Shown one piece after another: positions 23,950 to 37,257 of a DNA stretch of 64,000 bases; within the stretch, counting starts at the first letter, position 1; the number at the start of each line of letters is the position of its first letter. Under the pieces are notes generated by a model. It saw nothing but the letters and a program-made list of their open reading frames with translations. It did no database searches and was not told the DNA's origin. The stretch comes from Octopus sinensis (lineage: Eukaryota). The position numbers and the translations under genes are program-made. The stretch lies in the NCBI RefSeq assembly GCF_006345805.1, contig NC_043022.1, positions 22,444,001 to 22,508,000 of the forward strand, given 5' to 3'.

Positions 23950-24260
23950 GCCTCATATTGTCATACTTTGCCTGTCATTGGAATCACGTGTTCCAACACA
24001 ACACCTGTGCCCATACTCCAACAGCACAGCATCCAGACACTGCCATGGCCTACCCTAAGTCCGGACTTGAACCCCATAGAGTACCTGTGACACGAAATTC
24101 AAAGAAAGCTATATGACATCTGCAGCACAACTCACTGCAAGTTTTAACAGTGTGTGGGCTGCTATCCCCATGGCCTTCATCAATCATTTGGTGCATTCAA
24201 TGTACAGAAGATGCCAGGCTGTAATTAACAGTAATGGTGGTCACACAAGATATTGAGTTC
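23950..24260 (+). mobile_element. Tc1-family transposase C-terminal remnant
   Basis: LPWPTLSPDLNPIEYL(W)...HLVHSMYRRCQAVINSNGGHTRY*: Tc1 SPDLNPIE and GG.T.Y signatures. Confidence 0.9.
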
Positions 24261-24399
24261 ATCTCTTTGGATCCAGGACACTCTGTCATCACCCTGTGAC
24301 ACCAGGTGATGTCAAACATGTTTCAGGAGATGGCGTTTTATCATTAGGAAAGAACACTTTCTTTCACTCTCATTCTCTCTCCACTCCTTTCATTCACTC

Positions 24400-25800
24400 A
24401 ATCTCTCTAAATCTTAGGGGCTCTCAAACTCCTGAACAAGCTGCATCCAGGCGAGCATCAAATGCTCTTGGCAACAGGAAAGAAAGGGCATTAGAAACGC
24501 CTGAACAAGCTGAATCTTGGAGAGCTTCCAAATGTAGTCAACATGAGAAGAGTAAGGGATTCAGAATCACTAGGGCAATCAGAAACCAGGAGAGCTTCCA
24601 GTGTTGTCCAGCAAAGAAGATCAGGACAGAATGCAATCCAATTTGAGAAACTTGCTTTTTGATATGAAACCAATCAAGACTACTCCTCCCTACCTATTGT
24701 AATTGTTAGGGAGCTAAACAAAGAATGCAGCTATTGTGGAGCATTGAAGTTCAAGGATGAATCTCAAGGCCTTTGTTGCTCCAATGGAAAGATCAAGCTC
24801 CAGGACTTTCCAGCTCCACCAAAACCATTCAGATCATTGTTGGTTGGATCCACCCGCGAGTCCCAGGATTTCCTGAAGAAGATTAAAGCTTACAACAACG
24901 ATTTCTTTTGGAGCAAATAATGCAGCTCTGCCTGAATGGCAGACCACATTCAGAATCCAAGGACAAGTATACCATCGGATTGGCAGTCTGCATACTCTGC
25001 CAAATGAACCCCAGAAGTTTTTCCAAATCTATTTTCTAGGTCACCAAGTCCAAGCTGGGACAAGAAATAATCTCTTTTGGGATTTGAAACTAAGCACAAT
25101 TCTGGAATTACAGGAATTTCTTCACCAAAGAAATCCATATGTTCAAGAGTCCAAATCTGCTCTCCAGAGAGATGGACTGGAGAACTGTTGGAGAGCATGA
25201 CAGAAGATTCAATGCACTCGCTACCAATGAAGTATCAGTACTCATTGCAGGTCAAAACTTAGAAGAAAAGAGACATAGTGATAGAGAAACAAAGTGGATC
25301 CCAAAGGAAAGTTGCTGAAACTCACAGGAGTTATGATGCTCTCCAGTATCCACTTAATTTCTGGCAAGGGCAGGATGGCCATCACTTCCTTCTGAAGCAA
25401 TTAGACCCTGAACCTGAGGAAACTATAAGAAACATAGTTTTAGCACAAGACTTCTATTGCTACAGAATCACGTTAAGAGTCAACAACCTCAATCACTTAC
25501 TGAGATGCAAGCATCTCTTCAACCAGTTCTTGGTTGATATGTATGCAAAACTCGAAATGGAGAGGTTGCTCTCTATCACATGCCACCAATAAGAACTTTA
25601 AGGGGAAAGCTGCATTCACCTCCAAGATGCTGTTCAAAATGATGGCAACCTACTCAATACTGGAAAGCAAGTCATTCTTCCATCATCATTCATAGGAGGT
25701 GACAAGTACTTGCATGAGAAGACTCAAGATGGAATTATATATGTCAGAAATTTTGGGAAGCCTGGCCTTTTCATTACCTTTACCTGCGACCCATTATGAC
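24400..25800 (+). mobile_element. Helitron RepHel N-terminal/Rep remnant
   Basis: ETPEQAES repeats, CSYCGALKFKDESQGLCCSNGKIKL, FRIQGQVYHRIGSL, ETHRSYDALQYPL, QFLVDMYAKLEMERL, ILPSSFIGG, LFITFTC; stops and frameshifts. Confidence 0.92.
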
Positions 25801-26188
25801 ATGACATAAATAGTAATTTGATAGAAGATCAATCTGTTATTGTTCAGCTTTAATAAAATTTAACACATTGAGTGCCATGTAGATAATATATGTATACACG
25901 GCACTTTACAAATGTGCTATATATATATATATATATATATTGTATACATGTTTTCTCATTGCAAAATGAACTGTATACAGCTACTGTATACAACTGAAAT
26001 ACTATACGAATTTGAAAAAACCCACATGTGGTGCACAGGACTGATTTACACATTACCCCTTGGCACTCAGTGTGTTAATTTGTACTCAATGCATGAATTG
26101 TCATTGTTGGGCCCAAGGCCCAATCAAGAACCCTTCGCAGGAGCTAGCTTACAAGCTGCCTGCTTGATATAGGGCAGCTTTTAAGCTA

Positions 26189-26392
26189 GTGTTATATACC
26201 CTTGAGTTAGGGAATGAAGCATTGCTACAATTTTCATTACTATTAACTTTCCATAAAAAATGGTAAACAAATAACTAGATAAGAAAGAAAGCAAAAGATG
26301 TTTTTCAGGGAAAGTGAATAGGAGACGGACAAAGTTAATAGTCATGAAAATTGTAGCAATGCTTCATTCCCAACTTGAGGGCATGTAACAAC
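26189..26392. mobile_element. Foldback/MITE-like element with ~62-bp inverted arms
   Basis: 26189-26250 is the near-perfect reverse complement of 26331-26392. Confidence 0.75.
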
Positions 26393-27857
26393 ATGACCGC
26401 CTAAACTTGGGATCTTTAGCGAGATACTACCTTATGTATGGATGCACCTGATGTGACTCAGACTGCAAAATGGATGCAACAAAACATGTAGAATGGAGTT
26501 CCACCCATAAGGGAAAATAGCAGGATGGGTTGAAATGATTGGTGTACAAAATAAAGATTAATACCAAATCCATCTTTTAGTTACTTAATCAGTTATCATT
26601 ATCTCGACTGCGATATACATGAGAAATATTTGAAGGATCTTGGGAATAGGAAATTCGCTAGCGGTCCCCAGCTAGTATATCCCTGTTGGGAGAACGTCTT
26701 GTTTGCCGTAGATTTTCCACAGACGCAGGGACAGGACGGGTTGAAGCCGCCGGTTGCCGGATCAGACGCTCCTGTTCACCAGAGCTCTGATACCTCAAAT
26801 TGCCAGGCCTGGTCGGCGTTTGTGAGAGATGCAGCATTGAGGATGAATGAAGCCAGCTCAACCCACCCCGGGTGAATGCTGAAGAAGAAGATCTTGACTA
26901 ACACTGCATAGTTCTTGAAGTAGCTCCAACGGAAATACACTCCAACTGTGGATGACACCAGATAGCCTAAACCGTGCCAGTGCTCTCTACTCAACATTTC
27001 AACAAACTAATCGACATATACCCATTAGTCCCAAATATTACACATACATATATATATATATATATATCAAATGAAGCTGATGATGGATAATTGTCAGCTC
27101 ATTAAAGCTGTTTCTCATGCATTTGTAATGGAAAAATGAGAATATAATTCCATTACAAAAAACTGTAATCATCAGATGAAATGTAATTTTACAAACAAAA
27201 GAATATCCTAAGAATACAGCCGGGATGTAGCTGAAGTCTGTCAAGGCTAACTATGAGATGGAGTAATGTTCTCATTCTTCTAGTAAAAAATGCATGAGGA
27301 ACAGCTGTAATAAACTGACAATTATCTATCATCTGTTATTATTCATTTGATTATAATACACCAAGAGGATTTACAATTTGTTGGGCACCCTAGAGTATAC
27401 CAACAACATACAATTCAGCATAATGTGTGCTTTGGACCAGCTCCTAAGTACTAAATATTCATAGGGTTGGTTATCTCTATGTACATAACTGGAATATCCT
27501 ATTTGATACTTAGCAACCATAGTCTAGAATCACGGGTGTATCCAAGCCTGCCTAGTGCAGCATATCATTTCAAGTACCCGATTCTACCTGAATCCTTATT
27601 TTATTATATACATACATATACATATTTACACACATGCATGTGCACACACACACCCAATTACATGTATGTAATATAATTTTTCTGAATCTTCAGATTTTAA
27701 TATGCTAGACCACTGGTTTTAAATTGATATTAATCAAATTAATATTTAATTTTTCAACCTTATTATTTTAAATTTAAATTTATATATACATATATATTAC
27801 AGACACACACATCATATGTGTGTATCCATTAAAGCAAAAAATAAAACAAAAGTGAAA

Positions 27858-28452
27858 TCAAAATTGCTGATGTGGTTGATGGCAGTACCGTCTGATTGAC
27901 GCTTGTGCCAGTGGAATGTTAAAAGCACATCCAAACGTGAGGTGTAACTGGCCCACTTGTGAGTGCCCCTCATTCATTGGACAATGAACTTTGCTTCTGA
28001 AGACCTGTTGAGACAAGTGAAAACAAGTGAAAATCACTGATGTGACCAATGACAGTACCGCCTGATTGGCATTCATGCCAGTGGAACGTTATAAGCACAT
28101 ACGAGCGTGATCGTTCCCAGGGCCACAGATTAACTCCTGTGCCAGTGGGATGTGAAAAGCACCATTCGTGCGTGATTGTTGCCAGTGCTGCCAGACTGGC
28201 TCCTGTGCAGGTAGCACGTAAAAAACACCTTTCAAGCATGGTCATTGCCCGGACCTCCTGACTGGCCCTCGTGTCAGTGTCATGTAAAAGCACCCACTAC
28301 ACTCTTTGAGTGGTTGGCATTAGGAAGTGCATCCAGCTGTAGAAAATTTGCCAGATCAGATTGAACCTGATGCAGCCTCTGGCTCACCAGTCCTCAGTCA
28401 AACCATCCAACCCATGCCAGCATGGAAAGCAGATGTTAAACGATGATGATGA
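27858..28452 (+). mobile_element. RTE 3' UTR-derived copy with tandem subrepeats and (GAT)n tail
   Basis: Multiple diverged GTGGCACGTAAAAAGCAC-type units and the terminal GTTAAACGATGATG. Confidence 0.85.
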
Positions 28453-28896
28453 CAATAGTGTTCAGTTGGGGAAACAATTTATGAATTTTACAAGGCTTGA
28501 GTGAACTATCATATTGTTGTATTTTGCTAATCTGGAATGTGTGGTGTGCTATGTATGGATTTATAGTTAGTCAATAATTGTTTAGGACTTAAGTGTTTTC
28601 TGTCTTAAGAAGGAAACCAATCCTTCTCTTTGCTGTTGTTCATCTGATATTGTGAACTTTGAGGATTCTTACTGATCTTCCATTTTTATTTCACGCAGTA
28701 AGACATAGCATTACTATGTCAGTCCTGATTCAGAAATATTCTATAGAATGGGTGTATTGTAAAGAAAATATGATTGAAGGAGAATTGGCTGCTACTTCTG
28801 GCAGGTCTAGCAACTATGTAGAGGATCTCATTTGTCTGTGTCAATGTTGTCATAATAATTGTATATGCAAAATATTCAGTGTATGAATGAATGTGG

Positions 28897-29280
28897 AAGC
28901 ACTCCGTCGGTTCCGACGACGAGGGTTCCGGTTGATCCGAATCAACGGAACAGCCTGCTCGTGAAATTAACATGTAAGTGGCTGAGCACTCCACAGACAC
29001 GTTCACCCATAACGTAGTTCTCGAGGATATTCAGTGTGACACAGAGAGTGACGAGGCCGGCCCCTTGAAATACAGGTACAACAGAAACAGGAAGTAAGAG
29101 TGAGAGAAAGTTGTGGTGAAAGAGTACAGCAGAAATCACCACCATCCCCTGCCGGAGCCTCGTGGAGCTTTTAGGTGTTTTCGCTCAATAAACACTCACA
29201 ACACCCGGTCTGGGAATCGAAACCACGATCCTATGATTGCGAGTCCGCTGCCCTAACCACTGGGCCATTGCGCCTCCACT
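28897..29280 (-). mobile_element. SINE family C
   Basis: Near-identical reverse complement of 11711-12085. Confidence 0.92.
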
Positions 29281-29344
29281 ATGAATGAATAGACATACGA
29301 GAAATAACAGCCAGATCTCTTATCAACAAAAGAGTACATATAAC

Positions 29345-30606
29345 CATAAAAACCCATGTAATTTATGCACTTGTTTTGCAAAAATAACAATAAACTTTAG
29401 TGGGTGTGTAAATTACATGAGCAGATCATTTCAAGAATTTTTTAGAAATTTTTTTTTGTTGAAAAAAGACGTACAAAGCTTAAACAGCCAAACCGGAAGT
29501 TGACCCATTTAATGTCAGAATAGGTTTTTACAGAAAAAAATAATTATAATGAAGTTGACTTTTATATATGCAGGACGATATAATGCTTACATTTTCTGTA
29601 TAAATTTACTAAAACCATTAAATGGTTAACTAATTTTTGAAGTCTCATGTGCATGCTGGTAAACATGGTCTGGGCCATATTTTACATTGCTTTGAGTTTC
29701 CACCTATCGCAATGGAGCACTATTGACATACATAGTGTTATGGATATTCCTGACTGAAAAAAAATGTTTTGATATGGGTAATCTTGATGTATCATTTTAT
29801 TTTTGCCTGTTTATTACTAGGCACAGTTTTTAGTTTGTTGTACTGTTTATCCCAATTTCAAACATTAGCTTCATTAACATTAAAATGCCTTCTGGCAGCT
29901 CTATTGCCATGTTCAAATTGCATATTCAGCATATCTAATTTCTCCTTTGCAGTAAATGATTCATAATATCTGCCCATACTGACAATAATGGTAATGAGAA
30001 ATTTTAAAGTTTGCTTGTCATTTTATAAGTGTGAAAGTGGTTAAAATTTCGATACCCCATATCAAAGGTTCCAACAAGAATAGGCAGAAAAGAATTCTTT
30101 TTACATAGTCAGTTTGATTGGTCACCTTCCTCTGTCAGTCTAGTAAAGTGTCATCCAAACTGATGTTTATTGGTAATTAAGCTTAATTTGCAACATCTGT
30201 GTGTATTTATCAGCTTTGGTAATTCTTAACAACTTTTCCTGTGATCGCAATTTGAGAAGACATACAGCAGTATGCTAAAGATCGAACATAATCTCTTTTG
30301 GGCAAGAAATGTAAAATAAAGTTTATTATAAATGACACAAACACTTTGTAATTTAATAGCTTTCAATGTGATACCTGTTAAACAGAAATTATTTTTATAT
30401 AATGAAAATTTAATAAAATCTAATCATAAGTGAAATTATGCTAAATACAACTAAATTGAAAACCTTTTTCCTTCTGACTATATCGGTAATTCTGAAAACT
30501 TTTGGGTACGAATTTTACATGAGCAGAAGCTTTTTTTAAAACAAATTTTATCCTGAAAATCACCTGGATAAAATACACAGGTGCACAAATTACATGGGTT
30601 TTTATG
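29345..30606. mobile_element. ~1.26-kb putative non-autonomous DNA transposon bounded by 26-bp inverted repeats
   Basis: CATAAAAACCCATGTAATTTATGCAC (29345-29370) versus GTGCACAAATTACATGGGTTTTTATG (30581-30606), one mismatch; no clean TSD. Confidence 0.5.
29493..29500 (+). promoter_or_regulatory. ETS/GABP-type motif CCGGAAGT
   Basis: Exact consensus match; a single short motif with no other support. Confidence 0.2.
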
Positions 30607-31989
30607 ATAACCCTTTAGCATTCAGGTTTTTTTGTTGAAATGTATTGTTTATTTATCTTTTACTTGTTTCTGTCATTAGACTATGGCCATGTTGGGATAC
30701 TGCTTTGAATTTTTTCTTTTTTGTTGACTGAATTGACCCCACTACTTATTGTTAAGTTTGGTATTTATTCTATCGATCTCATATGCCAAACTGCTAGGTT
30801 AGAAGGATGTAAACACACCAACACAGGTTGTCAAGTGGTGAAACCCAGGGGATGGTAGACACACACACACCTGGAACCATGTGGTTGGGAAGCAAGCTTC
30901 TTATCACACAGTCCCACATTGTTTTGAATTATACATTATCTTGTAGCTTCAAGATTTCAAAGATGTGTTTGTATATTTTTAGAATGACATTATAGGGTAG
31001 GTATGAGAGATTGACTCAGGTCAGTTTAAACATGAAATAGGTAGAATATTTGGGCCAGGTATGGCTGGATTAAATGGTGAAGTGTTAAATAATGTGGACC
31101 TAGATACACTGCATTTAATAAAAGGTAATTTTATGATGTTGCTATGAGTTTACCAGATCTCCCTTATCTGTGATATTTTGCTTTGACCCACTTTTAAAGT
31201 GTGGTTAGAAAGCCAGGCTGTATGAATGGACCATAAAAACAATGGATAGACTAAATACCATTTGATCTTTGTCTAAAAATAAAGTACCACAAAACACACC
31301 CAGCTTGCTTCACATGCAGGTATTTTAAGTCAAAAATAACTTGCGTGTGGAAAATGTCTCTACTTTGATGCAGTATGAAATTCTTGTACATATTGGCACA
31401 GGCGTGGCTGTGTGGTAAGAAGCTTGCTTTTCAACCATATAGTTAGTTCTAGGTTCAGTCACAGTGTGTGGCACCTTGGGCAAGTGTCTCCTATAGCCTT
31501 AGGCTGACCAAAGCCTTGCGAGTGGATTTGGTTAAAGGTACTTCTACATTATCGCTGTTACCGTTTCTCATGTTTAAGAGTTATTTCTTTGTTCCTGTAT
31601 GTTCGTTATCTGGGGCTGTAGACAAATGTGTATATATTAAAGTGTAATCACTTTTGACTAGAGATAATGGATATGTAGCTGTCAAAAGGTTTCTAGAATA
31701 TTCAGGAAATGTTAAGACCTAAACCTCACTGGCTTCCTGTAGCTGGATGATCTCAACTTCTAATACTTTACATTTATACACTTAGCCAACCAAAGCTGAC
31801 TACCTCAAAGGAGAGTGTATCCACCGACAGCTTTTCAGTGCGTTCAAAAATCACATACCATCACCCCCAACTTCCATGACAGATTAGGGCCTGGAATACT
31901 CCAAACAGAGGCATGACATGTCGCTTAGTTGAATTAGCCCATCATTTACTCCACAAATGTTTTGTTGTCAATGCTGCACTTTCCTGTAT

Positions 31990-32990
31990 CACGTGTTTCA
32001 ACATAACTGTAATATATATATACAAACTATGCCATTTTAACCCCGAGCAACACCTGATATCTCTGCTAGAAAATGATAATCAGATGGTGCAATGTCCTGT
32101 GAATATGGTGGGTGGGGCATCGTTTCCCATTCAAACTGCTCCAGCCTTTGGAAGGTCATCCTGGCTGCATGTGACTGAGCATTATCCTGATGGTAAAAAC
32201 ATCTTTCTTATTGAAACCAAAGATGGTAATTTTTCTTCTAGTTCTGACTTAAGCCACTCAGGCTGCTTGCACTAGATCTCTTTTATCATTTGGTTTGGGT
32301 TAAAGTGGACTAAACCTTTCATATCCCATCAAACAGATAAGAACACTTTACGTGGGTGAAGATCTTCTCTAGCCTGGGGTACTTCCTCTACCCACTGTCT
32401 TCGGTGCTTCAGGTATTTATAGAGAACCCATTTTTCGCCACCAGTCCCTATTTGGTCCAGAAAAGGTTTATTTGTGAGATATAACAGCAAAAAAGAGCAC
32501 ACATTCACTCTCTGTGCATGATTAGACTTAGAAAGTTTGTGAGGAACCCATTGACCCAATCTGCTGACTTTTCCGATGGCATGCAGGTGTCAATGAATGG
32601 TTGAATGACCAAATCCAAGCTTCTCTGCTAGTTCCTCAACAGTTACAATAGGATCTTGTTTCACCAGGGTTTGCAGGACATCCTCTTCAAGCTCTACAGA
32701 TCTTCCAGAACAAGGCTCATCTTCTAGGCTGTAGTTTCTGACTCAGAATTACTGGAACCACTGTTACACTTATTGTCCAATCCCCCTATACTGCATTAAT
32801 ATTCCTTGCACTTTTTGTTGCATTGTTGTCTTTATTAGACTCATAAAGCAAAATATGCTGAATTTACTCCTTTGTCATTTCCAATATAGCTTTGAAAAAA
32901 TAGCTGTTAAAATTGAACTGCTCGCTTCAAAACTTGCACTAAGAATAAGGACAAGGTAAAATTACTACCTGCAATTACTATAGCAAGTTG
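31990..32990 (-). mobile_element. mariner transposase remnant
   Basis: WVPHKL, FLDQIGTGGEKWVLY, LHPRKVFLSV, HQDNAQSH and HPPYSQDIAPSDYH correspond to mariner WVPHEL, TGDEKW, DNA and YSPDLAPSDY motifs. Confidence 0.93.
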
Positions 32991-34644
32991 ATGTAGGTAG
33001 ATTATCCCATCCCCTTCCGACTTTTAGTTCATGTAATTGAAGAAACCGCATTATTTATGGTATGATCAAATACTTAACTGGTGTTTTATTTTGTCCACAC
33101 TGAAAGGATGAAAAGCAAAGTTCACCTGATAGGGATTTGAGCCCAGAATGTAAAGATCCAAAAGAAATACTGCAAATCATTTGACTGAGATGCTAATTGA
33201 CAATGAAGGGATGAAAAGCAAAGTTGACTTTGGCATTTGAATATAAAGAACTAGAAATGTCACACTTAGACCCCTCTCTCTCACTATTCACTAGTTTTCC
33301 TACTATTCCTCATGATGGGGTGAGAGTAATAGTAGGCATAGAGATGGTGAGGACGGTGGTGAAGAGAGAGAGAAAGAGAGACAGAAATTTAGGGAGAGTT
33401 GGTGAGGTTTTATTAAAAGTAGTAGTGTTGATGAGGTTTTATTAAAAGTAGTAGTGTTGATGGTAGCAGTGGGAATAATAAAAGAGAAAGAGGGAGATGA
33501 TGTACAACTTTGTTTAATCAGGTCTCTTTGATAGAAATTCCTGTGGCCAACATAGTGAAAACACTATCATTTTTGTTTTATTTTTTGCTGAATCCAGACC
33601 TGCAATCCTGAAAGTTTGGATTCCTATGTTTTCATTACTGTGATTGTTTTCAGTGATTTTTTTTTTCCCTTCCCATGTGATTTTTTGCGATGAATATGAT
33701 CATCATTGGGATATGACTCTGGAGGAAGCAATTGCAACAGATTTTCCAGAGATCTGTTTGCAGATCTTCCCATTCTGGGTCAGTTGCTTAAAAGCTGCAT
33801 AGAAGCTTAAAAGCCACCTGATAAAGCGGCTCTTAAGCTAGTCACAAATATATGGAAAAATGTCTCATGCTGTGGATGTGTGTCTGATTACTGCTACTGC
33901 TTACCACACTGTAAATATGTCTTGCTACTACTGCTATTACACACATTTTAGATGTACCTGTTTGACAACTACTATTACAACAATTTTTAAGTGTGTTTGA
34001 CTACTTATTACTACAACTACTACTTCTACTACTACTACACACGGTGCTGATACATGTGCCTGTCTAACTACTTCTGCACACCGCATAAGAGTGTATTGTA
34101 ACACGTGTCAGTTTTCTGGTTGGCTGTATTGTTAGAGATGGTCGGATGGAGCAAGGATAACACAGATGTGATGGCTTAAGCCCTTAAGTGTGCTGCTCTT
34201 ATTTTTCGTCTAAATCTAATTTTTCCAATTACAACTATGTTGTTTTATTCAGTGTTCACCTAAGGAGTCATTAGATCTTTTTTGTTTTCTTCCAACCACA
34301 AATCTTAATCTGAAATTTAAAAAAAAAGAATGTACTCTTGATATAGTTTTGCATGCCATAACAACAAACTGTTTCATGTTCCGCTTTGAAGATGCTGGAC
34401 TTGTTTCATTGGCTAAAATTACACAACTTTAAATACATCTATCTTGTTAATTATTTTTTGAAAAAATGAGTGCAATTTTTGTTATCAGTTTGCAAGACTA
34501 CATCTGTGTGGAAAGTTTGAAAACAATTCATTGGTGATTTAAAACTTTTCAAGTGGTTAGATGAAAAGGGAAAAGATCTAAACCTTCTGCTTTTGGTTCT
34601 ATTTTACAAAACTGGGATGGATGAGGGTTTTCATGGATTAAGCA

Positions 34645-34990
34645 TCTTCATCATCATTGTTTAACGTCTGTTTTCCATGCTAGCATGGGTTGGACGGTTC
34701 GACTGGGGTCTGGGAAGCCAGGAGGCTGCACCAGGCTCCAGTCTGATCTGGCAGTGTTTCTACAGCTGGATGCCCTTCTTAACACCAACCACTCTGTGAG
34801 TGTACTGGGTGCTTTTTACGTGCCACCTGCACAGGTTCCAGGTAGCGCTGGCAACGGCTATGATCGGTTGGTGCTTTTTATGTGCCACTGGCATGAAGGC
34901 CAGTTGAGGCAGTGCTGGCAACACCCACTTTCGGATGGATCTTTTTATGTGCCACCGGTACTGGTATCATGACTACAATTTCCATTGATT
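34645..34990 (-). mobile_element. RTE 3'-end copy
   Basis: Reverse complement of the (GAT)n-tailed RTE 3' UTR. Confidence 0.85.
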
Positions 34991-37257
34991 TTTTGATCGA
35001 TTTCGATTAACATCAATATATATCGTTTGTCTGTTCTACCATCTTCTTTTAACCTTTTTTTTTACTGTATGCATGAATTTCAATTAATTTTGAAATTATG
35101 AAACCTTTGAAACAATTTATTAAGAACCAAAACACTTTAAGCAGGAATTTAGAACATAGCTTGACAAAAATTGTTCTTGCATAAAATTATGCTGGAAGTT
35201 TTAAATTTTAATATGGATGTTTTGAAGTAACCGGTTTCCTATTCTTGAATCAGAGCTGGTCTCCAGAAGTTTGGGAGTTGGGCTATCTTTAGAGTTACAA
35301 AAAATAGTTGTAGTGTTACCATATCACTGTTGGTAACCATTTCCTTGACTGTGTCTTCTGAAGTAGCTATGGTACAATAGATTAGTCTACTCATTAGTCA
35401 GTCTGTGTAGAATTGCCTCAGTTGCACTTTTATATTTACTTCAGTACTGTTTTTATATTTCTTGTGTGTTTTAATTTATTATTTACCTGCTTTGTGTTTT
35501 AATTTGCTTATATGGGTAGTATTTTATTTTTGAAGTGATGAGTCATTGAACAAATGGTTACACAGGTCTATTTTGGCTGCTCACAGCTAAAAATGATGTC
35601 TGCTTGGTTGGTTGGTTGGGGTATGTTGTACAGCTGCTCGTCTTGATTCTACCAGACATCTGTTTACAAGCTGCTCTACCACTCTGTAATGTTCCGTGAA
35701 ACTGAAATGATCTGTCAGCTTGTGTTTCACCTGATCACTCCTCTTCAGCTTAAGTAGTCTTTTGTCTCTGAAGTCTGCTATTGAGAGATAGTTAAGATAG
35801 CTAGAGAGGGAGAGATGTGAGTTTTTGCATAATATCAAATCTTTCAATTTATTTGAGAAAGATATGACATTTCTGCATGTTTCAAAAGCAGTAGCTAGCA
35901 GTTCCAACTGGGGACTGAACTCAATTTACTGGCTCATTTCAGCAAGAATTCCTATCACTCTTGTAATTTTAGTATTCCTAGCAGATCGACAAAAATAGTC
36001 CCAATACAAGTTAATTTTTCACTGATTTTAATCATTAGACTGCAGTCATGTTGGGGCCCTATCTTGAAGGATACAGTTTATTCCATTAACTTCACTGTAT
36101 GGCTGCTAAGTATTCTATTGTATCTAAAAGGATGGGTGGAATTTGTGCACTGAATGCAAAAGGACATAACCAAATGCCAGAAAGTATTCTTAACAATTCT
36201 ACATTATTTGCAGGAGATGATGTTAAAACTTAGGTAAAAATGTTATTTCTTATTAAATATAACTAGTCCGAGAACTTTTTGATACCACCTCATACATAGT
36301 TTAATGTAGATTTGTGATCTGGAACACCAGTTGTACCATTTTCAGCTGTATTGTTGGGAGTTATTTTAAATCAGGCAATATAATTAGACACTAATTGACA
36401 AGAATGGATAAAGAATTTACTTAGAAAGGGAGCACAGGGTCAAAGGGAGGAGTAGAGAGTAGATGAGATAGGCTGAGAGGTTAATGGTTCATATACACAG
36501 CATTGTGTTTATAATCGGTTTATTTGGTTGTAAATGTTTCACAAGATATGTATGACACTGTTGCTGTATGGGTCTTAAACAATTTTTTCCCAAATTAGCT
36601 TTTCATATATATTATGTTTGAAACCAGTTTGAAAAACAGTCTTGATTTGTTGCAAAGAATAAAAAAAAATAAACAAACAAAAATCAGTAATTTTGGAAAA
36701 TTGCTTGAGTGCTTCTTTGTCAAACATCTGACATTACCAAACATCATTAGCTTAGATTCTATTACAACTAATAGCAATAGATACTGCAGTGTCAGACTAA
36801 TATTGTGGTATAATTATTTTATTACCTACCTTACCAGCCACTCTAATGCAAGCCAAAGTGGAAATCTTAAGTCACTTCATCTGCTAGAAATAGCTGTCAA
36901 ATCTCTGTCAGTCTTCATACTTCTGTCTCTAAAAAGAATATATTAATGTTGTCTGTGATACATTAATTTTAAAATTAAAAATAGTTAGGTCAAGGTTTGA
37001 GTACCTTTTCAATCCTTCAACTGCAAATCTAAATTTCTTGGTTATTCCAGTAATGATGTTAACTACTGATTTCAGATTTTAGCACAAGGCCAGCAATTTC
37101 AGGGGAGAGGTTAAGTCAATTATATTGATCTCTTTGTTCAACTGTTACTTTATTGACCCTAAAAGGATGAAAGGCAAAGTCAACTTCAGTGAAGTTTGAA
37201 ATCAGAACATGAAATACTACTGAGAATGTGTGCTAACAATTGTGTCAGCTTACCACC

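Noticed and set aside
35587-35907. 106-aa minus-strand ORF
   Set aside because: No recognisable motif or splice support; possibly a retroelement remnant, so left uncalled.
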